This document shows, one piece after another, positions 21,511 through 31,851 of a stretch of 64,000 nucleotides of DNA. The translations under genes and the position numbers were made by a program. The stretch's first letter is position 1. Each line of letters begins with the position of its first letter. The notes below the pieces were generated by a model that was not told the DNA's origin, did no database searches, and worked only from the letters and a program-made list of their open reading frames with translations. Origin of the DNA: an uncultured virus (IMG/VR IMGVR_UViG_3300032167_000097) (lineage: Duplodnaviria > Heunggongvirae > Uroviricota > Caudoviricetes); the IMG/VR virus record IMGVR_UViG_3300032167_000097. One strand, 5' to 3'.

Positions 21511-23067
21511 TTATGTTATCTGCCCATGTTTGATCCTTGCCTGACACACCTCCCTGAATATACAATGATCTCCATCGAATTTCAGAAGGTAAGCACATCC
21601 GGTATCACTTGAATTTGCTCCCATTCGTGTTTTTTCCACGAAAAGAACTTTATATACAGCCGACGGGTCTGGTTCATATTCTTCTTCTACCCATTTACCG
21701 CTTTCTGTTTTCACTAATCTAAATGGGCGGCAATAGAATTTACTCTTCTTATCAAGTTCTTCCGGATACAAATTTCTCATCAAAAACAAATTCTCCAAGA
21801 TTTCCTTGATCTGTTTTGAATTAGATAATACCGAGCTATCAAGAAACAACTTACCTTTCATATACTCTGCCAACTGAACTGAAGCTAACATAATAATATT
21901 ATATTTCTTGGCAAGTTTATGTAGACTGCGGCTATTAGAAACCAAAGCCAAATCCGTTCTATTACTACCAAAATCTTCTTCTTGAATCTTAAATGTGTCG
22001 TATAATACAGTATCATAACCATGACGCAGCACATTCTCTCTAATCTTCTTCTTTACGGTAGACATATCTGCATCAGCAATTGAAATAATTTTTACACGAT
22101 TACTATAATTTTCTTTCCAAAAATCTTGAACTTCTTTTAAATATTTTCTATCCTCTGTATCAATCTGCCCTGAAGTCATCTTTTTCTTTGTAAGTTTAAA
22201 ATATCTTGTATATTTTCCAAGCATCCATACAAGGAACTTAATCTTAAATCTTTTAACATCTTCTTCGTTAGTAATGATTAAGACTTTTCTATCATAATTA
22301 AGCAAAGCCATAATGATTGTAATAAACCACGTTGATTTACCGGTTGAACTATATCCGCCCAACATTGTAAATGTACCAGGCAATAAGCCTCCTACCTGTC
22401 TCGATAAAAAAGGAAAACAATTCATAGGGTTAAGGTTTACGTCAAGTGTTGCCTCATCAAACGGAACACCGTTTTCAATTCCTTCTTCACATTCGTTAAT
22501 AAATTCATCCGAGAACTCTGTAATTTCCTCTTCTTCAATCACCTTACTTGAATAACCGGTACCATACTCTGACAAACGAGATTCATACCAATCAATAACC
22601 TCTTCCGCATTCATTTTTCTTAATAACTTCAAAGGAGCTACTTTCTTTTCGCCAATCATAATAGGCGAAATCAAATTAAATCCATCTAAATGCATATTAC
22701 AAAGGATATTTTCTCTATATAAAATATCAATGTACACATCGAAATTCTGTACATTAATAATGTCAATTTGGTGCTGAATAGTTTCCCAACCACCACGTTC
22801 TTCAAACTTTTCAATTACTTCATCACTGCAATTAGAAAGAATTGTTACTTCATCTAATGTATAAAAACCTTTACTACGAAGATTTTTCAATAATGAATAA
22901 TAAAAGTGTCCATCAGATGTTATAAAGTCTTTGGCTTCCAACTTCACTTCATCTAATAAAAGCATATCCTTGAAAAACGAACTCACAACATTGCCTTCGA
23001 TCTCGATTCTTCCTTTGAGAAGCTGCGGGATATATTTATCTGTAATTCCTGTTAAAAATTCAGCCAT
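21511..23067 (-). CDS. DnaB-like replicative helicase
   Basis: Walker A GGYSSTGKST, ITNEE, VLYDTFK, ASVQL, VEKTR. Confidence 0.88.
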   Translation of the reverse strand: MAEFLTGITDKYIPQLLKGRIEIEGNVVSSFFKDMLLLDEVKLEAKDFITSDGHFYYSLLKNLRSKGFYTLDEVTILSNCSDEVIEKFEERGGWETIQHQIDIINVQNFDVYIDILYRENILCNMHLDGFNLISPIMIGEKKVAPLKLLRKMNAEEVIDWYESRLSEYGTGYSSKVIEEEEITEFSDEFINECEEGIENGVPFDEATLDVNLNPMNCFPFLSRQVGGLLPGTFTMLGGYSSTGKSTWFITIIMALLNYDRKVLIITNEEDVKRFKIKFLVWMLGKYTRYFKLTKKKMTSGQIDTEDRKYLKEVQDFWKENYSNRVKIISIADADMSTVKKKIRENVLRHGYDTVLYDTFKIQEEDFGSNRTDLALVSNSRSLHKLAKKYNIIMLASVQLAEYMKGKLFLDSSVLSNSKQIKEILENLFLMRNLYPEELDKKSKFYCRPFRLVKTESGKWVEEEYEPDPSAVYKVLFVEKTRMGANSSDTGCAYLLKFDGDHCIFREVCQARIKHGQIT

Positions 23068-23554
23068 CTAACAATTCCCTTTCCAAGTCGTACATTGCAC
23101 GTCTTTTCTTTTTTGGTTTATATTTGATATCTAAAATCTCATACTCGTTATCTGTAATATAAGATTCATCATCTACTTTTATATAATCAACAATATTATT
23201 CTTAATAATTGTTGTAAAATATCGTATCTTTCCATATTCAGAAGTAAAAGTCTTACTCATACTTCGTTCTAACATTGCTTTATTGTCACACAAAAAAGAA
23301 TAAATTTTATCATACGGATGTTTAGCAGATATTTCTTTTAACTCTTTAAATATTGCAGAGTTAATCACTTCATAACCGAAAATCTCATTAATCATTTTGA
23401 ACGTATTATCTTTGTCTGCTGTCTGTTTAAGTTTTTGTTTATATTCTTTTTCATTGCAATAATACTCATTCTTACCATTAACTGTTACTTTATAAGCATC
23501 ATTACGTTCTTTTTTTTCTCCGCACACACGGCATTTAACCAACAATAATACCAC
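23060..23554 (-). CDS. Zn-finger replication protein (possible helicase loader)
   Basis: KCRVCG...YYC; directly upstream of the helicase. Confidence 0.5.
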   Translation of the reverse strand: MVLLLVKCRVCGEKKERNDAYKVTVNGKNEYYCNEKEYKQKLKQTADKDNTFKMINEIFGYEVINSAIFKELKEISAKHPYDKIYSFLCDNKAMLERSMSKTFTSEYGKIRYFTTIIKNNIVDYIKVDDESYITDNEYEILDIKYKPKKKRRAMYDLERELLDG

Positions 23555-23569
23555 CCACCTTTAATAGAA

Positions 23570-23595
23570 ATAGGGGACGTGTTTCAGTCCCCTAT
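23570..23595 (-). terminator. Intrinsic terminator-like hairpin
   Basis: ATAGGGGAC-N8-GTCCCCTAT. Confidence 0.65.
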
Positions 23596-23611
23596 GTAAT
23601 TTAATTGGCAA

Positions 23612-24715
23612 TTATGCCTTTAAAATTTCATACATTCTATTCAATCCATCTTGGTCAGCATCATCAAGCTTTCCGCCAAACTCAGCAATAATCTCCTTGA
23701 CCTTTGCCTTTGTGTCCTTGTCAGCAGCCTTAAACAATGCACGAATTTCATCTGTGGTTACATCTGTTGTTGTCTCTTCAGCTGTTTCGATATCGTCAAT
23801 ATCGTCTTCTACTTCTTCAACCACAGGTTCCGGTTTAGGTTCTGCTTTCTTTGTTTTCTTAGGAGCTGAAGCAATTGTCTTTGAGTTCTTAATACCATCC
23901 TCAATAACCTTTACAAAGTCTTCTCCCATATCCATCTTGTCAAAAATCATATATTCTGGAACTGCATCCGGTGCAAATCTTGAACCGGCATCAATTAATG
24001 ATGTTCCTCTGAAATATAACTTTCTGATTTCAGTAGTGGCATACTTCTTTGCATTTTCTCCTTCTCCAACTGTCTCAAGATTTCTGTCAATATATCCAGT
24101 AAGTACTAAGTCTGATATATCTCCAAATGCACTCTCATAAGCATTCTGAAGATTAGAAGTTAACATCTGATAACTATCTTCCTCAAGACTACCTTTTTCT
24201 TTAACAGGTTTCATCTTTGTATGAGCAATTGTTACTACACCAAATCCAGCCTTTTTAAGTTCTGTCATATACTCTTTAATCATTGAAGCTGCCATTTCAA
24301 CTCCGGCATTATAACCTCCGAAGGCGGCTTTAACAGACTTAACTTTCTTGTTAGGGTTTTCAATGTTGTTTAAGCGAACAACTTCTGCCTCAAATGCAGG
24401 AATCATTTCATCAACAACATCGAAACCGATAATTTTAATGTCGTGCTCTTTACCTTTCTCTTCAATTAACCATTTCTTTAAATCAACAAAATCTTTATAT
24501 GTATCTACATGCGTACTGTTGACATTATCAAGAAGTGTGTCACCGAACTCGTGTCCAATTTCAACTAAAAGTCCCTTTTCCGGATCTCCATATTTAGCCA
24601 AAATCATATGCTTAAATAAACTAGACTTACCGAACTTTTTAACACTTCTTAAATAAATAGATAATTTACTAATATCTGCATCAATTGTTTTTACTGTAGG
24701 TTTTTTAAACGCCAT
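23612..24715 (-). CDS. AAA_24/Sak4-like ATPase (ssDNA annealing)
   Basis: KKFGKSS P-loop, IIGFDVVD, FGGYNAG, IAH, AGSRF; acidic linker. Confidence 0.75.
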   Translation of the reverse strand: MAFKKPTVKTIDADISKLSIYLRSVKKFGKSSLFKHMILAKYGDPEKGLLVEIGHEFGDTLLDNVNSTHVDTYKDFVDLKKWLIEEKGKEHDIKIIGFDVVDEMIPAFEAEVVRLNNIENPNKKVKSVKAAFGGYNAGVEMAASMIKEYMTELKKAGFGVVTIAHTKMKPVKEKGSLEEDSYQMLTSNLQNAYESAFGDISDLVLTGYIDRNLETVGEGENAKKYATTEIRKLYFRGTSLIDAGSRFAPDAVPEYMIFDKMDMGEDFVKVIEDGIKNSKTIASAPKKTKKAEPKPEPVVEEVEDDIDDIETAEETTTDVTTDEIRALFKAADKDTKAKVKEIIAEFGGKLDDADQDGLNRMYEILKA

Positions 24716-24776
24716 TTTAAATCTCCTTTTATATTAATTTTGTTTAGTTTAAGAGAAAGGGCAAATGCCCAATCTC

Positions 24777-25952
24777 TTAAATTTCATCGTCATCAAATAA
24801 GTCGTCTGTTTCTTCATCAACAACTGACTTAATAACCATATCATCAGCCGTATAAGCTGTATCATTTCTTCCTTTACTAAATCCACGACCAACCTTTAAG
24901 AACTGATACTCCTGAATTCTATCTCCATATACAGAGCCACCCATATCCTTACGAATATCGTCAAGCGTAATTAATCCAAGCTCAAGATCTTCTTTCTGTT
25001 CGTCAGAAAGCATGTCTTCTGTAATTTCTACTCTCTGTGCACCATTAAGCATTGATACTTCAACACCATATTCTTTAATACTGTCATCATCAACAGTAAA
25101 TTTCTTAACAAGAGCTTTTGCTAACTTCTCATTCTCAGCAGAGAAAGTAATGGTCATCGGCACAGGAATATTCCCTTTGCGATTACTGTCATATTCCATA
25201 GACCAACCGGACACATAATATTTACCCTTTTCCTCTACACTCATATCATCTAAGCTCTCAGAACCGAATAATAATGTAATATTTGCTGTGCTATACTCTT
25301 CTGCATCATCAGCTGCAAGATAAATTCTCTGAGGAACATAATTCTCATATACTCTTTCATTTTTCTCTGAATAAGAATAATTTCCATTACCACGAATTAA
25401 GAACTTCTTGTCTTTGTACTTGCCGCTATCAATTACCTTCTTGATAAACTCAATGAAGTCTCCTTCATAAATAAACTCATGATGTTTCTTTAAACTCTTT
25501 TCATATGCTTCATTTACTTCCGCTTCATCTGCAAGGTTTACCTCGGCAAGCTGTTCATCGGTAACACCTTTTCCTTCTTTGATAGCATCTACCATATTTT
25601 TTAATTTATATCTTCTTCCCGGCTCTTCGAGATCAAATACAAACTTTTTAAATTCTGCTACATCTGCTAATTTCTTAGAAGTCAATCTGTCTTTGAATGG
25701 AATTGTAAAAGACTCGCCTTTCTTTTTAGTTCCATCTTCATTAACTGTTGCTTTGCTGAATGTGTAAATATCTCCGTGCCCATCAGCCCAACAACCTGCG
25801 TCAACCTGCAACATATGTCTGTTGTCGCCACAAATCGCATTAAATCTTAATGATGTTTTTTTCCATCCGGAATCATAAACGTTTTCTGTGTACGGTTTAA
25901 ACTTGTCAGTCTCTTTACCAATACCTAATTTTCCTAACATTTCAAAATTCAT
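24777..25952 (-). CDS. Phage ssDNA-binding protein-like (SPbeta YorF-like position)
   Basis: Directly upstream of the Sak4-like ATPase; acidic tail DDLFDDDEI. Confidence 0.55.
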   Translation of the reverse strand: MNFEMLGKLGIGKETDKFKPYTENVYDSGWKKTSLRFNAICGDNRHMLQVDAGCWADGHGDIYTFSKATVNEDGTKKKGESFTIPFKDRLTSKKLADVAEFKKFVFDLEEPGRRYKLKNMVDAIKEGKGVTDEQLAEVNLADEAEVNEAYEKSLKKHHEFIYEGDFIEFIKKVIDSGKYKDKKFLIRGNGNYSYSEKNERVYENYVPQRIYLAADDAEEYSTANITLLFGSESLDDMSVEEKGKYYVSGWSMEYDSNRKGNIPVPMTITFSAENEKLAKALVKKFTVDDDSIKEYGVEVSMLNGAQRVEITEDMLSDEQKEDLELGLITLDDIRKDMGGSVYGDRIQEYQFLKVGRGFSKGRNDTAYTADDMVIKSVVDEETDDLFDDDEI

Positions 25953-26023
25953 TTTTGCCTTTTCCTTTCTGCTTTATTTAATTTTGTATAGTTGTTTATA
26001 TTTTTTAAATCGCTTCTCAGCGA

Positions 26024-26218
26024 TTAATAATATCTTTCATCAAAATTCGGATTTATTTGTTCTTCATATTTTATTGCTTGTGTTGTACCACATATCGGAC
26101 ATTTGACAAGTTTTGTATTAGTGCTGCCACAGTAATCCCAGTATGTTTCTTCTTGAAAATACACAAAATCATCTCCGCATTTTGTACATGTTTTATTGTG
26201 TTTACTTGATTCTTCCAC
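26024..26218 (-). CDS. Small Zn-ribbon protein
   Basis: CTKC...CPICG. Confidence 0.55.
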   Translation of the reverse strand: MEESSKHNKTCTKCGDDFVYFQEETYWDYCGSTNTKLVKCPICGTTQAIKYEEQINPNFDERYY

Positions 26219-26234
26219 TCATTCATTTCTCCTT

Positions 26235-27575
26235 TCACAGTTTGTCTGACTCAGTTGCATCAAAGGATTCCTGAATAAGTTCTTGTGCTTCTTCCATATC
26301 CGGAGCATCAGATGTGTCTTTAATGATTCCTTCAATGCATTTGAAGGTAAAGCTCTTTCTCTTGTAAGCAGTAAACTTACTTCGATTATCAATTCTTGCA
26401 ACCACACCTTCTGCTACATGTCTTGAATCAATTTCATCAGGAACATCGAGCCATTTGTTTACTCTTTCGTTTAAGTCTTCTACTGTAGTGAATAAAAACT
26501 TATCAAGAATAGGAACAAACTTACAACCCATTCTTTCACACCACATCTTCACTTCTTCTGTAGGAAGTTCTACAACCACTCCATCTTCATTAGTAAAGGT
26601 CATTCTGTACACATACATATCGCTTTCGCCAGGTTCACAACCATATGTGAATACAGTTTCTTTACCATACATCTTTTCAAATTCTTTGTCTTTGACTAAC
26701 TTATTGTTGCATCTTCCCATAATAGGAGTCGATTCATTAACCCAACCTACTACTTCAAAGAAAACTTCCATACCTTTAGGCAATTTATCTTTAAAGAAAT
26801 CATGATATGGTTTTCTAAAAGCATTACTTCCATAGTATCCTTCATCTTTATTAAAGTTGTTTAAAACCACTCTTCTTGTACCGGTTACTAAGTTATATGT
26901 TTTTGTTTCTTTGTCCTTTAGTCTAAATATTTTTTTTAGAATAGGATTATGTCTTTTCTTAGTAACTTGAATTGCATTTGAACAGCGTTGACTCGATCCA
27001 TGAAGCTTACGAGTAAGATAAACAATATCTCCTTCTTTAAAAGCATGAAGATTATAATCAAGCTGCGAAGTATCAATATGTTCATCAAAGAATGGATAAG
27101 ATACTACTTCTTTTTCAAACTTCTTCTTGTGCTTTCCTTGGCTATTACTGTGTTCTCTTTGAGGTCTATTTCTTTTTGGAATGTATTTTTTGCAAATTTC
27201 ATGACCAGATAAAACAGTGATTTGATTGCCATTTTCGAGCTTAGAAACGTCAGTAAAATCAGCCAAAACTTCAACCGGCAAAACTAAACCTTCCGACTTT
27301 TCTCCACGTAATCTTACTGCTGTGATATTTCTCTTAACTGGATCGAGATAACCACCTATGTTGTTACCATTCTCATCTTTTTTACGAACTAAATTATTTT
27401 TAGTCGCAAACTCTTCTGATAACTGGCCATCACTCGGAAAGAACACGACCTTCTGACCTTCGTAATAAGATAGGTCTACAATAACATTTTGTCCGAACAC
27501 TTCCACGCATTGTAAGCGATCAGCGTTACTATGTTTTCTTAAATTATGTAATGTTGTAATATATCCACAATACAT
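26235..27575 (-). CDS. RNA ligase (DRB0094/Rnl2-like) with N-terminal tRNA-binding OB domain
   Basis: HSNADRLQ and RLRGEKSEGL (OB domain); ligase motifs TRKLHGS, FFEVVG, AEGVV, YKRKS. Confidence 0.85.
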   Translation of the reverse strand: MYCGYITTLHNLRKHSNADRLQCVEVFGQNVIVDLSYYEGQKVVFFPSDGQLSEEFATKNNLVRKKDENGNNIGGYLDPVKRNITAVRLRGEKSEGLVLPVEVLADFTDVSKLENGNQITVLSGHEICKKYIPKRNRPQREHSNSQGKHKKKFEKEVVSYPFFDEHIDTSQLDYNLHAFKEGDIVYLTRKLHGSSQRCSNAIQVTKKRHNPILKKIFRLKDKETKTYNLVTGTRRVVLNNFNKDEGYYGSNAFRKPYHDFFKDKLPKGMEVFFEVVGWVNESTPIMGRCNNKLVKDKEFEKMYGKETVFTYGCEPGESDMYVYRMTFTNEDGVVVELPTEEVKMWCERMGCKFVPILDKFLFTTVEDLNERVNKWLDVPDEIDSRHVAEGVVARIDNRSKFTAYKRKSFTFKCIEGIIKDTSDAPDMEEAQELIQESFDATESDKL

Positions 27576-27746
27576 TAATCTGCCACCTCACTTTCGAGAT
27601 GGACTTCTTTTGTCCCACGGACTTCACTACCCTGCTTTGCAGAGCCTATCATCAAGAACCAATCTCCTTAGTGATAGTAATAATATTTATATTTCTCTTC
27701 ATAATTTTTGTTTTATGTCGTACTTGTGCACTGAATACGACTGTAA

Positions 27747-27820
27747 TGGATCATATAGGACTCGAACCTATGACCGACCGGTTATGAGCCGGTTGCTCTA
27801 ACCAACTGAGCTAATGATCC
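27747..27820 (-). tRNA. tRNA with CAT anticodon, probably tRNA-Ile2 (alternatively elongator Met)
   Basis: GGATCATTAGCTCAGTTGGTTAGAGCAACCGG-CTCATAA-CCGGTCGGTCATAGGTTCGAGTCCTATATGATCCA; canonical cloverleaf, CCA not encoded. Confidence 0.93.
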
Positions 27821-27889
27821 TTGTTTGCTAGGATATACCGCCTAGCATTCGGTTTTATATTAAGAGGAGGTATGTTGTTTCTGTATGAG

Positions 27890-27982
27890 CTGGGCTAGTT
27901 GGATTCGAACCAACAAGCGAACACCGTTACAATGTTCTTGCGGGAGTCAAAGTCCCGTGCCTTACCATTTGGCGATAGCCCA
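27890..27982 (-). tRNA. tRNA-Gln(TTG) with a 26-nt variable region
   Basis: Acceptor TGGGCTA/TAGCCCA with G discriminator; anticodon arm CGGGA-CTTTGAC-TCCCG; T arm GTTGG-TTCGAAT-CCAAC. Confidence 0.88.
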
Positions 27983-28106
27983 TCATTGGCAGTTTTTTAA
28001 GATACTGCCAAACTTTAAAGGAGGTAACAAAAATACTAGAAATCTTCGTTATTTAATTTTGTATAGTTAAATACAAAATTTATATGTTCCTCGTTGGAAC
28101 AATTAT

Positions 28107-28135
28107 ATATTAGCACACATTTTTTCAAATGTCAA
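28107..28135 (-). promoter_or_regulatory. SigmaA-type promoter for the tRNA/RNA ligase/replication genes
   Basis: TTGACA-N17-TAATAT with TG; motif B at 28144 and 28052. Confidence 0.75.
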
Positions 28136-28165
28136 CACTTTTATTTAATTTTGTTTAGTTATTTT

Positions 28166-28615
28166 TTAATGAGCAAATAAATCTGCTTCGTGGATCATCA
28201 TTACATCGTCAATCACTTCTTTTCCGAATAATTTCAAATCCCTTTCCTTTGCTTTTTCAGACTGTTTCCATGCCATATACGGACGCATATGTAATCCTAT
28301 TAATAAAGAAATATATTCTTTATCAATAGAAAATGGATATTCATAAAATAAACATTTATAAGAACCAACAGAATCATGATTATAATAATGAGCATCTTCT
28401 GTTTCTTCTCCCTTAGAATTAATATAAGTCTTAACATCAGGTTTCCCAATATCATGTGTTAAAGCAGCATGAAATACGCTATTGAAACAACTTCCGTTAT
28501 GAACTGAAATATACTTTGCTGCTACTTCCATATGGTTTCCAAGTGTTAACATATGATGTTGATTGTTCTGTTCAAAACTTCTCAGTTCTTTTACATAATC
28601 AACAACATTGCCATA
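28166..28615 (-). pseudogene. HD-domain protein, probably a 5'-truncated remnant of a kinase-HD RNA end-healing enzyme
   Basis: ALTHDIGKP, HYYNHDSVG, IGLHM, IHEAD; the frame continues upstream of the ATG (YGNVVDYVKELRSFEQNNQHH) to a TGA, and the RBS-linked ATGs are out of frame. Confidence 0.6.
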
Positions 28616-28645
28616 TCATTCACTCCTTCCTAATCTAATTTCTTA

Positions 28646-30259
28646 TTATACCAAAAATAAAGAAACCTTTTCTACTAAATCTTTAGAAATACCACTCAAC
28701 TCTAAAGCTTCATTGCTAATATTTGCAATTGTAGCATTTAACTCCTGGACACTAGCATTTGTTTCTTCACAACCAGCAGCATTCTCTTGTGAAATTGCAG
28801 ATAAACTAGAAAAAGCATCCACAACTGTTTCAGAAAGTTTATTTGCTTCTGTACATGAATTGTTAATTACTCCTACACTTTCTACAACATGACTGATATT
28901 ATTATCTAATACAACAATTTTGTCATATGTATCATTGATACTAACAGACTGTTTATCCATATTCTCTACAAGACTTTCAACTGATACAGTTACATCATTG
29001 TAACTTTCATTTAACACCTTTAAAATATTTTCAATATCACTTGAAGCATCGTTTGATTCAAGTGCCAACTTGCTAACTTCATCAGCTACGACAGCGAATC
29101 CACGCCCTGCATCTCCTGCGTGTGACGCTTCAATAGATGCATTCAATGCTAAAAGTTTTGTCTGTCCAGCAATATCTTTAATAATTTTTGTTGCTTTATG
29201 AATATCTTCAATTGCTTTCGCAGTATTTGCTACTTTTTCTTCTACGCCTTTTAATTCTGTATTAGTAGTTTCATTAATTGTTTTTAACGTTTCAATATAA
29301 TTCAAAACATTTTCTTCAATTTTTTGCATATCAGAAGAAATATCATTTAACTCTTTAATCTGTTCCTGAATTGCAGAAATTGAATCATTAACACGAATCA
29401 TACTTTCAGATGCTTGCTGTGTACTATCTGCTTGTTCCATTGCACCGGAAGCAATTTCTTCTACAGCCTTATTAATTTCATCTGTATTATTAGAAACAAC
29501 ATCTGTCGATCCACTCATTTCTTTTGACATATCATTAAGTTTATATGCAATATCCTTAATATGTGTAATTGTATTTCTTAAATTTTCTGCTAATTCTCCT
29601 GCTTGTTTATAGATTTCTCCTATTTCATCATCTGATACTTTTTTATCTGTTTTAACTCTGAAATTACCTTTGCTCACTTCTGTAATTAAATCTGTTGAAT
29701 TTTTCATAAGTCTTGTCATATGTCTAGCAATCAAGATAATTACAATAACAACTATAAAAATAATCGAAAATGAAGACACTAATAAAAGTTTAACTGTTTT
29801 TCCAATAACCGCCTGAGCATCCTCAGTTGGTTTTCCTGCGAATGTCATGCCGATAAAATCGTTATTTTCGTCATACGTTGGAATGTAATACCCAAAATAC
29901 TCTTTTCCGTTTACATTTGCATTTGTCGAAAAGTATTCTTTCCCACTTCTTACTTCTGCATAAATAGTCGAATCTGCCTTCGTTCCTTCTGAACCATACA
30001 CTGTTGTTATTGTTCTTACATCATCATGAAAAACTGTCACATCAACATCAAGTGCTTGTTTATAACCATCTAACACTTCCTGTGTGTCATTGTAATCAAG
30101 CGAATATGCTGTTGCTTTTAATGCTTCTTCAATTTCCATTGTCATGTTCTTTTCAAGACTATTTACTGCGCCGATACACATAACAACGCTTGCAATAAGA
30201 CAAGGAATAATTGAAATCATCATAATTTTTGTCATAAAGTTCATTTTAATCTTTCTCAT
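28646..30259 (-). CDS. Methyl-accepting chemotaxis protein (TM-Cache-TM-HAMP-signalling)
   Basis: [45 protein letters not shown]; two TM helices. Confidence 0.95.
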   Translation of the reverse strand: MRKIKMNFMTKIMMISIIPCLIASVVMCIGAVNSLEKNMTMEIEEALKATAYSLDYNDTQEVLDGYKQALDVDVTVFHDDVRTITTVYGSEGTKADSTIYAEVRSGKEYFSTNANVNGKEYFGYYIPTYDENNDFIGMTFAGKPTEDAQAVIGKTVKLLLVSSFSIIFIVVIVIILIARHMTRLMKNSTDLITEVSKGNFRVKTDKKVSDDEIGEIYKQAGELAENLRNTITHIKDIAYKLNDMSKEMSGSTDVVSNNTDEINKAVEEIASGAMEQADSTQQASESMIRVNDSISAIQEQIKELNDISSDMQKIEENVLNYIETLKTINETTNTELKGVEEKVANTAKAIEDIHKATKIIKDIAGQTKLLALNASIEASHAGDAGRGFAVVADEVSKLALESNDASSDIENILKVLNESYNDVTVSVESLVENMDKQSVSINDTYDKIVVLDNNISHVVESVGVINNSCTEANKLSETVVDAFSSLSAISQENAAGCEETNASVQELNATIANISNEALELSGISKDLVEKVSLFLV

Positions 30260-30531
30260 TTAACACTCTCCATTCTACCGATAATATAACGGTTGTTTGT
30301 TGGTTTTACTGTTTCAAATGTTGTTTTCTTCCGCAAGCTGTTCTACAATTCCGATTTTAATAACTTAATCAGCTTTTCAACAAATTCTTTCATCTCTCCA
30401 TCACTAATTCCATTGTGTTTAATTTTGCATAGTTAAATCTATTTTTATCAACTCTTTATTATATTAAAGAGCTGATTTTATCTTTCGTATGGTAAATTAT
30501 TCCATTATTTCTAATATTTAATTTTATTCAG

Positions 30532-30792
30532 TTATGAAATGTAATAAGTAGTATCTCCCTGTTTGATAACAAATTCTTCTTCACTATCATCATAATCAAC
30601 CTGAAATTTTTTCTCATTAGTAATATGAAGCATTAAATTTCCGCCTTCTACATAGATTTCTTCATCTTCTACACTAATCATATCTGGAACAACAGCGTTA
30701 TTAATGGTGCTTCCATCACAATCCATTGTTATGTACAGCAACTTCTCATTCTCGATTTTGTCATTTACTCTTTTTACTAATTTTGAAACCAT
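30532..30792 (-). CDS. Hypothetical acidic protein
   Basis: 86-aa ORF with AGGAGG RBS downstream of a promoter. Confidence 0.65.
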   Translation of the reverse strand: MVSKLVKRVNDKIENEKLLYITMDCDGSTINNAVVPDMISVEDEEIYVEGGNLMLHITNEKKFQVDYDDSEEEFVIKQGDTTYYIS

Positions 30793-30824
30793 TTCATTGT
30801 CCTCCTTATTAAAAAGTTAATATA

Positions 30825-30853
30825 ATATTAAAACAACCCCCTCTAATTGTCAA
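30825..30853 (-). promoter_or_regulatory. SigmaA-type promoter
   Basis: TTGACA-N17-TAATAT; motif B at 30866. Confidence 0.7.
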
Positions 30854-30906
30854 TATTTTTATTTGTTTAATTTTGTTTAGTAGTTGTTTTTATTGAGAGC
30901 ACCATA

Positions 30907-31839
30907 TTAAACTAGGTGCTCTCCGAATTTCCTTATATAAGAAACTCTAAGTCTCTTCATATCATATCCATATCTGTCTTCGATTTCTTTTGCATAATCA
31001 GAGTAAATAAAATCTTTACCAGATATGCTGAGTTCTTCGCTTCTTCTGTTGATATAATCAATTTTCCCACTCTCTGTAAGAGAATTGGGCTTCATCCATT
31101 CTGCCACACCTAAGAATTCAAAGTTTCTTAAAAGCTTTCTATATATCCTTCTCCCTTTGTGAAAATCGCTAATATCAACCTGACAATTCGGATAGTTTTT
31201 AACTATATACGGTTCGTTTAATAATGGCATTTTCCTTTCTGTAGTTCCGCCTACCGGATAATAGTCCGTTGAATCAAATGATTCTTTTGCAATTTTAATT
31301 AATTTGTCTGACACTGTTAATTCTCTGCCAGTACACAACATAACAGTTTTACGTTCAAGATCAAAATCTTCATATTTAAGATTTGCAATCTCACAAAACT
31401 CTTTCCCTTTAATACCTTCAAATAATGCAATCATAATAAATGCATCGCTTGCATTAGGTATTATTGTGAACCAGTTATATAATGTATCTTTTGTTATTAT
31501 AGATTTATTGATGGCCGCTTTGTTAATACATTTAAACAACATATCATTGTTCAACTCCGTAAAATGATTTTGACAATCATCAACCATATTTTGTTTTAAA
31601 CACCAATCAACATATAAAGTCAAATGACTGTTAATTACATTCAGCGATTCTAATGAAGATACATTCATTGTCTTATAAAAATCAATTATTTCGTAAACTG
31701 TAAAACTACTTACGTCTTTCCCGTAACGAGATTCAAATTCTTCTGTTTTATTAAACAAACGTGGTAAATATCCCTCTGGTGTAAAAGTAGTGCTTTCCTT
31801 TTCATTGATATACCTTTCTTTAATACTCTGGTTATACAT
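30907..31839 (-). CDS. MrpR/YopR (SroF)-like integrase-fold master repressor
   Basis: MYNQSIKERY..., LFEGIKG.EFCEI.NLK..D, SLTESGKI; no HxxR catalytic motif; last gene of the trio. Confidence 0.75.
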   Translation of the reverse strand: MYNQSIKERYINEKESTTFTPEGYLPRLFNKTEEFESRYGKDVSSFTVYEIIDFYKTMNVSSLESLNVINSHLTLYVDWCLKQNMVDDCQNHFTELNNDMLFKCINKAAINKSIITKDTLYNWFTIIPNASDAFIMIALFEGIKGKEFCEIANLKYEDFDLERKTVMLCTGRELTVSDKLIKIAKESFDSTDYYPVGGTTERKMPLLNEPYIVKNYPNCQVDISDFHKGRRIYRKLLRNFEFLGVAEWMKPNSLTESGKIDYINRRSEELSISGKDFIYSDYAKEIEDRYGYDMKRLRVSYIRKFGEHLV

Positions 31840-31851
31840 AAAAACACCTCC

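Noticed and set aside
27599..28070. ORFs 27599..27787, 27610..27801 and 27885..28070
   Set aside because: They are antisense to tRNA genes and likely spurious
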